Position numbers and translations under genes: made by a program. A stretch of 63,671 bases of DNA, counting the filler, from Pelomyxa schiedti (Eukaryota > Protista > Evosea): assembly GCA_020536535.1 (NCBI GenBank). It is 10 parts of 10 records of this genome, joined end to end, with 100 filler letters (N's around TTAATTAATTAA, not from the genome) between each part and the next. Parts side by side here need not be neighbours in the genome. Positions count along the whole stretch, not along the records: positions 1 to 14,507 come from JAHLWZ010000096.1; positions 14,608 to 19,848 come from JAHLWZ010001511.1; positions 19,949 to 23,197 come from JAHLWZ010001786.1; positions 23,298 to 24,324 come from JAHLWZ010002981.1; 6 more parts are not named here. The stretch is one strand, 5' to 3'. Below, one piece after another: positions 12,381 to 24,424 of this stretch; positions within the stretch are counted from its first letter, which is position 1; each line of letters starts with the position of its first letter. The notes under the pieces are model-generated. The model was not told where the DNA came from. It did not search any database and worked only from the letters and a program-made list of their open reading frames with translations.

Positions 12381-14409
12381 ATGTTCAACAAAAAGCAAAA
12401 GGGAGGTAGCTTCAGATACAGGGTGACATTTGTGAGCGCATGGGGTGTTCCCCAAAGTGGCGGGGATCCTGACTATGGTGTGTTTGTGGCGTGGCGTCGT
12501 GGTGACAAGGTTGTAAACAGGGGTGTTATAGAGACCAAGCCGGTGGTGCAGTCAACTGCCGCAGCTGCTACGGCTGCTCTGTCTGCTGTACTGTCACCGC
12601 CTCCACCAGTGGCCACAGCAACACTTCCTTCAGTTATTACTGGGCCTGGGGGTTCTGCTGCTGCTTCAGCTTCGGCTTCTGGCACAACGGCAACATCGGC
12701 AACTAGCACAACAACTAGTGCCAGTACGCCGGGAGCTAGTGGTGCACAGCCGCAGGTCAATCCTGCCATGGTTGCTGCAATGGTGGGAATGATGCACAAT
12801 AAGTTTGGGCTGATTGGCGTGCCACATTTCGCGCCTCCAGTGACTGTGGTGGAGTTCAATGAAAACGTCACATTGGTCTGCACGCTATTCAAGACACCTC
12901 AGGGTTGGGATAGGAAGGTTGGTTATTGTAAACTTTTTATTTAATTCTATTTTTTTCCTCTGACTGATTTCTGTCACAGAATATAGAACTCACTCTCAAA
13001 GAAGTATTGCCTCCATTTCTTTTCATTTATAAAATCTTATTTTTTCAGGCAAAGGGAAAGAAAAAAACTGCCCTGGGGACTGTGAAGTTAGATCTAAGTT
13101 TCTTTGCGGATATTACTGGTGTTCCAGTATGTGTATGCCTTCCTATAAGGCGGAAGAAAGACTCTATATTTCTGCTAGTATGTTGTGTTTGTATTCATTA
13201 TTTTTGGTTTAATAAAACCAGGTGAAAGTTACATGTGATCTTATGGGAACTCCAGCAACGTAACTCTCCCTCATCTCTCAAAGACTCCATTTTTTTTTAA
13301 TCCACAACTTGACAGAGAGGAAGAAACGGAAGTTCTTAGAACAGAAGTTGAAGATCCAGAGGAAGATGACGAAAGCGAGCGTGTAGATTTTGCCAACTAT
13401 GATGCAAACTATGATGATACATTGGCTTGTGCTCCACGAGGTTCCAAGTCTCCTTTTTTGCCACTAAAATATCTCTCCAGCTATTCACCCATAATTTTTC
13501 CTTATTTCCACAGAACTGGAACAGTTGGCAGTTCTGAGGAAGCAGACAGCAGTACTTGGGGTGGAGAGAGATCAACTTCGTGACTATTGCAGAGTTGTGA
13601 GAGAAGAAGCAATCAAGATGAAGAGAGAAATGGAAAGGATAATCATTGTCCATAAGGAAGAAATAGCCACCAAGGAAGCGTATGTAGGAATGATTTGTTG
13701 TAGCAGTACCAAAATAAGAAAAGGAATCACATGGATGCAATGCGAGAACAAAAAGAAAAGTACGAACAAATTCATGATCAATTAAAGGAACAGCTCAAAG
13801 GTTTGTAGCCCCACAGTTTCTAAGTCTCAGTTGTTTCCCCTTACATTAGGAATGACTGAAAAGAATGAATCTCAGAATGCACTGCTGGAACAAAAGCAGC
13901 AAGCCAACGAATGTCTCGAGCAGAAACTGGCAGACACACAACAATGTTTAGAAGAAAAAACATTGGAGCTACAAGAAACTGAAAAAGAAAATCAGGTTTC
14001 ATCAATCATATCTAAGAATACACATAACATCATAAAGATACAACTTGAAGCTATCAGACAAGAAGTCGCAAATATAAACCAAGAAAAAGAAAAGAATCAA
14101 ATGGAAAGAGAGAAGGAAAATACCATCTGGGAAGAAAAAGAACAAGAAAACAACAAAGAAAAAGACCAACTTAACCATCGCATAGCAGAACTAGAGAAAG
14201 AACTCGAACATAAGAAAGAAGAGTTGAACGAAGAAAAAGAAACTAATAGAATAGCACTGGAGCAGCAAGCAGCATCACTGAACTCGGAAAAGCAAAGTGC
14301 ACTGGAGCAACAAGAGGCCTCACTCAACACAGCCAAGCAAAGTGCACTGGATGCCGAGAAGCAGAACGCACTCAAGCAACAGGAAACAGCACTCAGTTCT
14401 GCCTTTTGA
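12381..14409 (+). CDS. NT-C2 (EEIG1/EHBP1-type) domain plus coiled-coil protein, 3' end probably truncated
   Basis: FRYRVTFVS...VFVAWRRGDK...VEFNENVTLVCTLF...LGTVKLDLSFFA matches NT-C2, followed by E/K/Q-rich heptads. Confidence 0.8.
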
Positions 14410-14507
14410 TGCTCCAGTGCAGTTTGCCTTTCAGCACTCAGTTCTGCCTTTTGATCTTCCAGTGCGCTTTGCTTTTCACCATTCAGTGCCGTTTTCTGTT
14501 CTTCCAG

Positions 14508-14607
14508 NNNNNNNNNNNNNNNNNNNNNNNNNNNNNNNNNNNNNNNNNNNNTTAATTAATTAANNNNNNNNNNNNNNNNNNNNNNNNNNNNNNNNNNNNN
14601 NNNNNNN
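14508..14607. other. Artificial contig linker N44-TTAATTAATTAA-N44 (also at 19849, 23198, 24325, 46141, 49100, 58721, 60386, 62070)
   Basis: An identical 100-nt spacer with stop codons in all six frames occurs nine times. Confidence 0.98.
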
Positions 14608-14657
14608 GGCACGGCTGATCTCAGCTCGACATATTTTGGCATTCGTGGAAACCGAAT

Positions 14658-15071
14658 ATGGACGGCGCTGGAGCCGTTTCAGACGTCTGTAGCGGCTTTC
14701 CCGCACCCCGCTCCGCCCATAAGTCGTTCGTGTGCGTAGACTGCGGGGTGGTTATACCGGGGACCAACTGCGCGCACGAGCTGTCGCGCCAACAAAACTG
14801 GCGAAACAAGCCGGGGTGCTACGCATACTGCCCGTGCGGGTACCCCGTCCGCGCGAAAGACATCCGCGACAACGTTTTCACCCCTCCCACAATGCAGTTC
14901 CTCGACCACGACCGCGGCGCCACCTCCGACGCGTTCATCTACTGCGAGAACAACGACGGCGGGGGACACGTCTATTATGGGACATTCGCGGAGTGCCGCG
15001 TAGGCAACGGGTTCCCTGCTGCCAAAATGAGCTCAGTTGCTGTTTTCTCGAGATACATGCCTAACCTCTAG
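14658..15071 (+). CDS. Cys/His-rich hypothetical protein
   Basis: 137-aa GC-rich ORF with CVDCG...CAHE...YAYCPCG; no family recognised. Confidence 0.5.
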   Translation: MDGAGAVSDVCSGFPAPRSAHKSFVCVDCGVVIPGTNCAHELSRQQNWRNKPGCYAYCPCGYPVRAKDIRDNVFTPPTMQFLDHDRGATSDAFIYCENNDGGGHVYYGTFAECRVGNGFPAAKMSSVAVFSRYMPNL

Positions 15072-15436
15072 TGGAAATTCTATCTTTGAGTCACTCACTG
15101 AAAACAAAGTATAACTAGGTGGCTGAAAAGTGCCGTCACTGCCGGTACTTTTATGTAACTCAGACTCATAAAAATAGCTGAAAAGGAATGCATTCCTCTT
15201 TTCTTACCATTTATATCTTCTTTGTGTCCTGTTGCAAGATTGCACAGTACATTGTACTTTACAAAACGAACAAAAAGAGTGATGAGAACCAGGCCACAGA
15301 AATATGGGCCACATACAAAAAGTTTTTGTTGCACATAGTGCACGCAGTTTGTACATAGACAGATGAACGGAATTTAAAAAAAAAAAGTTTTTTTCTATGT
15401 TATGTTTGAGACGTGTAAGGATAGAGTGCTGGGAAT

Positions 15437-16355
15437 TTAGGGCTGCTTCTTCTTGGGGGCCTTCTTGCCTGCAGCAGCGGGAGCGACTGGCTTCTCTGCT
15501 GGTGCCTTTCCTCCTTTCTTTGCCGGTGCCTTGGCGGCTGGTTTCTCAGCTGCGGGCTTCTCGGCGGCGGGTTTTTCGGCTTTGGGTGGTGCGGGGGCCT
15601 TCTTTGGCTTCTTGGGTGCCTTGGCCTTTGGTTTGGGCTCCTCTGGCATCTTCTCTTCCTCTTCCTCCTCTTCTTCCTCCTCGTCCTCCTCGTCATCATC
15701 ATCACCATCGGGGCCTTCCATTCCCTCCATCCCTTCCATATCTTCATCATCATAGTCGTCAAAGTCATCAGCGTTGTCCTCCTCAAGGAGACCAATCAAG
15801 TTGATTGTTCCGGCGCCGTTGGCCTTGAACTGAACCTGAATTACAGTTACAAACCAAACCAAAAAGGAAGGGGAGAAAGATACCTTGGCGCTTGGGGGGA
15901 TTTGGACTTGAAGGGAGTGCTGGGGATTTTCGTGTGAGAGTGTTGCAAGAGTGAATGTCTGCTCTTCGTCACCGGCTTGCTGAATGAGGAGTTCGAGCTC
16001 GCATCTGTCAGCGGGCTTGGTCTTGGAAAGTGAGAGCTGTGGCAAAGTGAGTCCTGGAAAGGAAAGGCTGGCATTTTAATTAAGTAGTTCCTTACGCAGA
16101 CCGATGCCGAAGCATTTGTTGTTTTAATATTAACGGCATTATAACTTACGTGTGTAAGCATTAAAGCACAATCCTCGGGGATTGTGGCAGAAATGATATT
16201 TCCAGCAGCAACAGATGACCCTGATAACGGGGAAAAAAGACCGGCATAAGAAAACGTGCTCACAATAGTTCGGGATGACGTCGCGCGGAGAAAAAAAAAA
16301 CCACGGGAAGAAAACAAAACGAGAGTGGACACCAACCCCAGAAGTTGAATGACAT
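15437..16355 (-). CDS. Nucleoplasmin-like (NPL) histone chaperone with acidic tract and basic tail (FKBP39/HD2-type NPL)
   Basis: MSFNFWG...FTLATLS..NPQHSLQVQI...VQFKANGAGTINLIG, then a poly-D/E tract and a K/A/P-rich tail. Confidence 0.85.
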
Positions 16356-16697
16356 TTTGCGGTGGTAATAAAGTCGACGGTACTGCGGTGTCGGATTGGT
16401 TTTTTTGTAAAGAATGATTAAGATCAAATTACAAACAAAAAAAACGGCAATTTATTGGCATCAAGCAACTGCGTTTAGATAAGAAAGGAAAAAGAAGAAG
16501 TTCTAAGTCAATTTTTTTGTTCCAAAGGGTTAGCCTCGGACGGTAAGTTTCTTTTGGGTTTTCCGTAACAACAATAGACGGTAAGGACTCCAACGCGTGG
16601 TTACGCGGGGTACATAAATTCTGGATGTGGTAACATTTAATAGGGGAGGAAGTTGTTTTCTTGTGAGGTTTGGGCGTTTGTTTACCTTTTTTTTGCT

Positions 16698-17303
16698 TTA
16701 ATCGACCCATTTGTGTTGGCAAGAGGCGTTCGTGCATACAAAGAAAAGTTTCATTCCACCTTCTGGAGTCCAGTGGGATGCCTGAAAGAATACGGCTTCA
16801 GAGTTTCCACACTTTTCACAGCGCCGGTTGGTTCTGGGCAAAGTCGGATCAGAAATCACATCATGAAGTACTGTAGCTTTCTCCCTAAGAAAAGGTTGGT
16901 TCCATTCACACCGTGAATAGCGAAATCCAGGGTGAGGTGTTGACGAGAATACGGCTTGAATGGTGAGTGTTTTGGGTTTTCTGTGTTAATTGTGAATGCT
17001 ACTCTGCCGAGTGTATGATTTCGTTCCTATATACACAGAACTCATTCGCCTCTTCTACATGGTCACAAAAACGGCACGCAAACAGCAACTTCTTACCCTC
17101 CCTGTCCTCCTACAAATACAATAGTCTGGGTTAAAGAGGGAAAAATAAAATAATATAAAATAATATAACGACCGGGAAAAAAAAATGGCTACAACAGCGG
17201 ACCATTACAACAACAACAGTGATTGTTGTTGATTGTTATTGTTGCGGTTACGTACTTTGGGGTATAGCATGTTGTTGCACTCGGCGCAAAACTTCATCGT
17301 CAT
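16698..17303 (-). CDS. RPB9: RNA polymerase II subunit RPB9
   Basis: Three exons: MTMKFCAECNNMLYPK | EDREGKKLLFACRFCDHVEEA...CVYRN | ...DPTLPRT..RCEKCGNSEAVFFQ...MKLFFVCTNASCQHKW; two zinc ribbons. Confidence 0.95.
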
Positions 17304-17417
17304 TTTAAAAGCAATAATGAAACTAATGATGAAAAATTGAATTATCTTGAACAGAGGAACCCCTCTATTAACGTTATACTGAGTGGATGATTCAAAATGG
17401 ATTGGGTTTGTGCGTTG

Positions 17418-19485
17418 TTAGGGGTTGTTGCTGCTCTTTGGGAATGTGGGAGGGCGGGAGAAGGCCAGCTTGAGAGCAACACCAAACTGCTTGCTGTTGT
17501 TGGCTAGCACAATGGCTTCTGTGGCGGAACTGGGATCCGCAAATTCAAGCAGGCCTTCCCTAATAATGCGGTTAGTTAGCGGTTACTGTGTTGGTTGGGT
17601 AGTAGCATACTTGCGTTCGTCTTTGATGGTTGGGGGAATGCTGGGCTTGGAGACAAAGAACTTCACTTGCACGGGGAGGGGTGCGCCGGCGTTCTGGAAA
17701 ACGGATATCATCATCTCTTCTGTCACTTCGGGTGGGATGTTGTTGAAGTAAACGTTGTGTGATGGGCGGTAGACGTCTGGAGAAAAGGTTAGTGGAGGTA
17801 TGGAGACAGTGCAATACGCAATACTCACGGCGGGTTTGGTTTGCGGATTTGAAACGGTTGAACGGTGAATTTGTGTAGTCTTTGCACATTTCCGTATCTT
17901 GGTTCTCACCTGATCCATCCTGGCATATGTGAGTAGTGACAGTTATATTGAACGCACATACAGCATGACCAGGAAGAATAAAAGGATGTCGTGAGTAGGA
18001 AATTTGAAGCTGTTGTGTGAACACAGTAGCACCGTTGAGGTAGGTCCTCGCTGCCTCAGCCATTGGGTTGTCTTGCATTTGAACCATAGCGGCCCCTCGC
18101 TTATTCGGGAGACACTTAATCTATACCAGTTGATGAGCTGTTAGATGAAGGGCTTTACCTTCAAAACATTGCCATAAATGCAGAACAGGTTGAAGAGATG
18201 ATCAGGTGTGAAAGCCCTGTCCTCAACGTTGTAAACCATGAGCACAGTTTTTGATTCCGAAAAACTTCGGTAGAAATCCATTGCCGCAGCTGTGATGAGG
18301 TCATTTTACACTTCTTTCCATTGTTATATACCTTGAGCTTGGGCAGCCGCCATGTTGGGGTCCACAATTCCATATCCCAGTTGGGAGGAGGAAAGTCCCA
18401 ATGCTCCTATTTACGCATTAACCTGGGACGGGAGTTTGGAAGTGGAAAGTACCACTTGAACTTGATGAAGACGTTGAGGAACTGACCCCGGGTAAATACG
18501 GAATGGTTCCAGTAGGAATGTTTGGATTGACATAATCTCTAGTTTTGTCTGTGTTGGTCTGAACATTGAGCTTCTCTGCACGTGAAAACTCAATCTTGAG
18601 TGTACAACTGCCAGCATAAATGTCCTTTCCTTCCAGTGCTTGCTTTGCGGCTTGTGCATTGTGTGGTGTATCAAACCTGTACTTGTTAACAAAGAACTGA
18701 GTTGTTTGCACCATACTCTACAAGAGCCTGCACGCCGTTCTTATTGAAAACAACAATACGTTGAACTCCTCCATAGGGGGACGTGATTGTATACAACACG
18801 TCTACAGTGATGTTGTAAACGGGATTTAGGATGGTGAAGAGAAGAATGCGGTTTGGTGCTGGAGGTCTGTATGTCGGAACGATGGGTGAGAGCAAAATGC
18901 AAGAACAATTATAAGTATTTAGTAGCGAATAATGAGTGGGGAGTGACATAGCATGTGGCAGATTTTTTTTACAAGAAGTGATGGTTGCAGGAATGTGGTG
19001 TCATTAATTTGCAATTGCAAAGAAGGAAAAACTGGGTGAGCAATGTAGAAAAAATAGCGCAACGCGATCGTGTGTGAGGGGATTGTTGAGTGCAATTTTG
19101 TGGAGACACATTGATACGTACGGTTTTGCTGGTTGGTTAATCTGTTGACTTTTGCTGTAGGTGAAATGAAGCTCACGCTCCCTGATAAGCACAGGATTGT
19201 TCCTCGCATAATTAACAAGGTTCGTGGCAGCACTTACAGAATCCATTTCGAGCAAAGCTTGGTTGAACTTGGCCAAATTGCAAACTGAGAAAGAAGTACA
19301 AGTTAAAAAAAAAATAAAGAAAATAGGCAAAAACAACAAAACGCACTTCCTAAGACTCTGCCGAATTGGGAAGCAAAAGCAGTCAAATCTTCGTTCATAG
19401 ACTCGCTGATCACATTTCTCACATGAATAACTTTGCTCGCCGTCGGCTCACCGCGATCACCAATATCAAGTTTCTTGTCATCCAT
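17418..19485 (-). CDS. Polypyrimidine-tract-binding/hnRNP L family protein (4 RRMs)
   Basis: SKVIHVRNV; NRILLFTILNPVYNITVDVL...QALVE; LEGKDIYAGSCTLKIEFS; VLMVYN..TPDHLFNLF..YGNV; LKLAFS. Confidence 0.92.
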
Positions 19486-19948
19486 TGTCAATCGGTCAGC
19501 TGAGGGCGAATGAATGAGATCCGCGACGATGACGCAAATCCGGGTGCGGGGTCTTGCCTGTGATGTGCGGTCGGGTTGGTCCCCTCTTTTTAAATAAGGG
19601 AAAAATTGAAAGTCCAAGATTGCAACTGAATCAGAGATATTCCAGATGCCAGCCCCAACATCAATGTTCTCAGCATTGAGAGAGCCAATGTGATGCCGAT
19701 TTCTGTTGTCTCTCTGTGGTTCTGAAGTTTGAGGCTCCTTTAGCGAAAAATTTGGCACCCGTTGCCTGCCGAAGAGCCTAAAACCGAACAGAGGAAAAAA
19801 AACAACAAAAAAAGAAAACCCACAAGGTGCTGCGGCGCTGCTCGACGANNNNNNNNNNNNNNNNNNNNNNNNNNNNNNNNNNNNNNNNNNNNTTAATTAA
19901 TTAANNNNNNNNNNNNNNNNNNNNNNNNNNNNNNNNNNNNNNNNNNNN

Positions 19949-22900
19949 AGCAGATATGGGCACTGCAGCTGGCAAAGCGAGAGAGGGTGAAGAAATGGAA
20001 TCAGGTTCAGCTTCTGGTTGTGGCTCTTCAGAATACCGGTCTCTAGAACATACAGGATCAAATCTAATTCCTACATTATTGGTGCCATGTGCACTTGTTT
20101 AGTCGCCAGTTATAGAGGAAAGGCCACAAACGTGGGGGTGCCCTCATAGCCACACTGTCACAAACGTTAAGAGATGCAGTAGCTGTAGTTGAGCAGGGAC
20201 GTGATGCTGCAGCTGAGTGGGGAGGACGTGAAAGCGCATGGAAACCCCCCATAGGAACTGAGGCAGCACCAGCACCGAGACAGGGTTTCGAAGGGGCTTG
20301 ATGTGGTAAAAAAAAACAGGTAGTCCTTGTTGGGTCAAACCATTTTTAGTCTTCATCTCGGTTGAAACGTGTTTCAGCCCTCTAGACAAAGGACCATTGA
20401 GTATTGCAGAAAACACTGCCTCTTTGGAAGATGCATGGATACAGGGATGTGCCTCTTTGGTGGATGCAGAAGATGGGGGAAGAGAGAAACTAAAATACTT
20501 CCTACAGTAATCATACAGTGTAGTGAAGCTGTCAAAGTCAACAAACGCCTGGAAGACCGTGCCTGTCTCATGGAGAAGTGCATATTTATTCTCTTCAGAG
20601 ATTTTTTTCCCTGTAGTTGTTAGAACCATTCGAGAAATAAATGGCAAAACCAAAAATTTCTTCCAGTAACAAGTGCGCAGTTCCAGGTGAGGTTATTTTT
20701 TCAGGAAATTTCGTGTGAAAAATTTTAGATATTGTGGGCCACTCATTCTGGTATGGGGATAGTGCTGGCGCAATTTCACTGGTAATCGCTGCGGTCATTT
20801 CAGAAGGATGTGTTTGTGTGACAGTAGGCTCCTTTTCCTTAAACAGGTATTTTATTTATTCAAGGAACTTGGTTAATTTACCATCTCTTTGACGTATGGA
20901 GACCCCCAGAAGTCATTACTATCTTCTTTTGGATTCATAAAATTCCGCCATAGAGGTTTCTTTTTGTTGTTAGTCTTGTGTCATAGCCACAGTGAACATA
21001 CAGGAGAACCATCGTATAGGTGATTCCACCAAAGTTTCCGTCGTTCCCACATGAGTTTGGTTTTCCCAAATTTATTTTCTTTCCGCTGCTCGGCAAGTGC
21101 CTAGAGTGCATGAAAGAGCAAAAAAATAGAGCATCTAGTTTTTACCTTCTGCTTTGCTATCTTGACATTATAGTCGCGTCTCATATCTGGAAGACACTCC
21201 GGAGGCTCAATTTCGTATTTCAAGTACTATTGTTTTTATGATGGGGAAGGTGCAGTTATGTGGATGTAGAGAGTTTACCTGCTCCAGAGTATTTAAGACA
21301 ATAAGTGATGCATTTGGAGTAACAAATCTGAAAGTAGATGAACTAATCTCTACAAAGAGGGTGCATACCGGAATTTTTGTCCCAAAGAGAGCACCTTCTT
21401 TTGTACTATTTCTGTTTGACTTAATGTCAACAAGTGATCCACTTGTTTGGTGGCCCAAAATCTGGTAACTGGAAGAGTAAGTTTAGGAAAAGTGGATCAC
21501 TGATTACTGAGTCCGTGATGCCGGTTCGTTGGTGAAAAGGTGTAAGTTTTCGTTATTTTTGCTGCTTCTCCAGGAAACCACCCAAATTCAAGAGTTAATG
21601 AAACTGAAAATAGTAAGTATGAAATACTGCATAGGCTAATGGCGCATAACTGGGTTCAATGTGAGAGGGTAACTTCCCCGTGATGCAAAATCGTCTATGT
21701 ACAGTACAAGGAACAATGGGAAAGACATCAGAGATTTGGTTCATGTTATATACAGCACGCAATAGCATAAAAGGCAGAGTATTCATTTGAGTAGCAATTT
21801 CCCTTTTTTTGTGTGGGCGTTAAACTTTACAAATCAGCACTTACTGAGAAGAAGAAATTCCCAAATTGAAGAAGGAAGCACCAGAAGATGAAGCGATTCG
21901 TTTCAGAAATGTATAGTCAGCCATGGCACCACAGGAAAAAGTGTAAACAGGCTTATCAAAAGTTGGTGTTATGTCCTGAAACCAGTCAATACAACAAAAA
22001 GGTGGCCATTCAACCTGATCACCCCAGGACAAGAAGCCATCAGAAAATAGCATCAAGTAGGAGGTTTCTGAATGGAGATTTTCCAAACACATAAAGTTCG
22101 TAGCACCGCTGTAAAGCGTTGATTGCAGGCAATTAATGAGATCCGTAATGGACTATATGCTTTTTAGGGCTGAAATAAGCCGGGATGGTACTTCAAAACG
22201 CTTTTCAGGTGAAAGATATGAATTGTATGTATATAAATAAAACTGAGCACCAGGATTCTGTCCAGCAATTGCTTGGAGCAAAGAGAATTCCCTGGCCAAG
22301 GATTTAATAAATGTTAAATGACTGAGAGCTATACAAATGATGTGGTTCTTCAGCTCTACTTAAAGATGTATCCCATAGCACTCCAATAGATTTGACCTGA
22401 GGGAGTAAGTGTAGAATCACGAGATTGGGGTGCTTTACTTTTGGGCGTGGTACTGCAGCGACATCACTCAATTCACCTGCTACACAAAAAAAGGAAGCAT
22501 TTTCAATATCATCTTGCAACCCATTTTCCACAAGAAGGTGTGTGGTAGATTCAGTAACATCTGGTCTCCGATGAAGTACAAAGCTTATAGCATGAGGCCC
22601 AATGCAGGATTTCACAACCGAATCAAATTCATAGCAGCACATGTGCCCTGAGTTCAGTTTGGAATTTCAGAAAAAGAATCGTGGTGGTACCAATTGAGGA
22701 GGTTTGAAATATAGCCGACCCAAAGAGGGAAACTAATTCGTTGCACAGTTGAGGGCCCGAAAAAAAATGGGTGTCCACATCTATTTGAACCTGTACAGGG
22801 TTTCAAAACAAATCCAAGGAAAAAAACGCCGCACCTTGAAAGAAAATTGTTGCAAAGAATTACAAATAATCAAAGGTGAACTGTAGGTCATGAGATGACT

Positions 22901-23197
22901 GTCATCAGTGAGCTCAGAGGAAAGTACTATCTAAAAAGATTAAAGTCATTTCCAAATGTGTGTTGCACCACCTTAACAATACGGAATCCTCGCTTTGGAA
23001 GAGGTGCAATCCTTGTCCTGAAAGTATTTCCAGCCACCATTTCAGCAATTGCTGGGCCCTCCTGCTTCTCCCTTACTTCAGTTTTGTTTTGTTAACCATA
23101 GATTCTAAAAGTTCGCCTGTTCAACCTCAAAGCCCACCACCGGAGACCATTGAAGCACTGCCTTGTACCGCTTCCACACAAATCTCCCAGACTCAGG
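19949..23197 (-). CDS. VIT + von Willebrand A domain protein (partial at both ends)
   Basis: VIT end EVREKQEGPAIAEMVAGNTFRTRIAPLP; VWA MIDAS-like IGVLWDTSLSR, YLMLFSDG, LKRIASSSGASFFNL. Confidence 0.75.
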
Positions 23198-23475
23198 NNN
23201 NNNNNNNNNNNNNNNNNNNNNNNNNNNNNNNNNNNNNNNNNTTAATTAATTAANNNNNNNNNNNNNNNNNNNNNNNNNNNNNNNNNNNNNNNNNNNNAAT
23301 CTACATTGGTTACGTGGTTGTAAATCGAAGTTACTTGTAAACGCAAGCTTGACGACGCAAAATTAATTTACTGAAGCCAACACACCTTAGCGGCTTCAGT
23401 ACCTGCCATCTTTTTCGTTTTCGTGTTGAAGGATCTTTTCTTTTCCGTTGTTACGGGAAAGTGATTGTGATTGTG

Positions 23476-24324
23476 CTATGGGTGTTTACAGGTTGTCCAG
23501 TCCAACCAATGACTTGTGTCGTCCAACTCATCATCTTCATTTTCACAGGCGCTTTCCTGACAGAACTGGTCAATGTCATCGAGTGTGACACCGAGCCTGT
23601 TGATGCTGAATTGAGAGTGAAGTGGTGATGCAGTGACAACATCCATAAAGTGTTCAGTGACATCATCCCTGTTGATTTCTGGGAATAGCCTCACCAACAG
23701 TTTCCATGTGGCAAAGTCCACTTTGAGTCCCAGGTGCTCCTTGGCTGCCTGCACTTCAACAAGTACCTTGGCAGTCATCAATGAATTAAATTTTCTGCTG
23801 GGGAATGTGCACATTCATACCTCAGGGAGTGTGAAGTGAAACCTGTCGAAGAGCCATTCGAGACACCCCCGTTTGTTGAGTCGAATCAATGCCGCAAACA
23901 GCCTTGCCATCTTTCCAGAGTTCTTCTTGGCTGTCATCACAGTGGGATCACTGATGTTTCGTGTGTACTCTGTGACCAGCCATTTCACGATCTTGCTCGA
24001 ATGTGACTGATGAACGTCACAGAGGCAATTGGCTATTTCCGAGGGTCGGAAGTCGGCAAAGGCCACAACTTGTTTGACTTGAGATAAGTACCCATGCTCA
24101 ATAACCGCCTTCAGCAATTTTAAAAGTGAGTCGTTGTGGGTCGTTGGTGACAATGAAAACTTTTTCCAAACTGAAAGAGCAACAGTAACTGGATGAGAAA
24201 TCCTCACAAGTTTTGCAAGCTCAGGTTCACTGCAGTCAACGGAACTGGTCCCGGAATGGGCAAGAACCCAGTCAATCCAGCCCTCACCTGTGTGGTAACA
24301 ACTATCAGTCAGCTTCACAAGAGA
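23476..24324 (-). CDS. Ankyrin-like helical repeat lineage-specific protein (5'-partial)
   Basis: Two in-frame ORFs joined by a 54-nt GT-AG intron; repeated KWLV/EWLFDRF-type helical motifs. Confidence 0.55.
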
Positions 24325-24424
24325 NNNNNNNNNNNNNNNNNNNNNNNNNNNNNNNNNNNNNNNNNNNNTTAATTAATTAANNNNNNNNNNNNNNNNNNNN
24401 NNNNNNNNNNNNNNNNNNNNNNNN

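Noticed and set aside
14552-14563. Recurrent TTAATTAATTAA palindrome as a biological repeat or piggyBac target
   Set aside because: Always centred in exactly 44+44 Ns; it is an artificial six-frame-stop contig linker.
19949-23197. Functional linkage of the VWA gene with the Vint/Hint gene as a split VWA-Vint system
   Set aside because: They are on different contigs joined by artificial linkers, so proximity is uninformative.
23764-23817. In-frame TGA between two abutting ORFs suggesting readthrough, selenocysteine or an alternative genetic code
   Set aside because: The TGA lies in a 54-nt GT...AG intron (gtatga...gccaag) that preserves the frame. Conserved genes here end at standard TAA/TAG/TGA.
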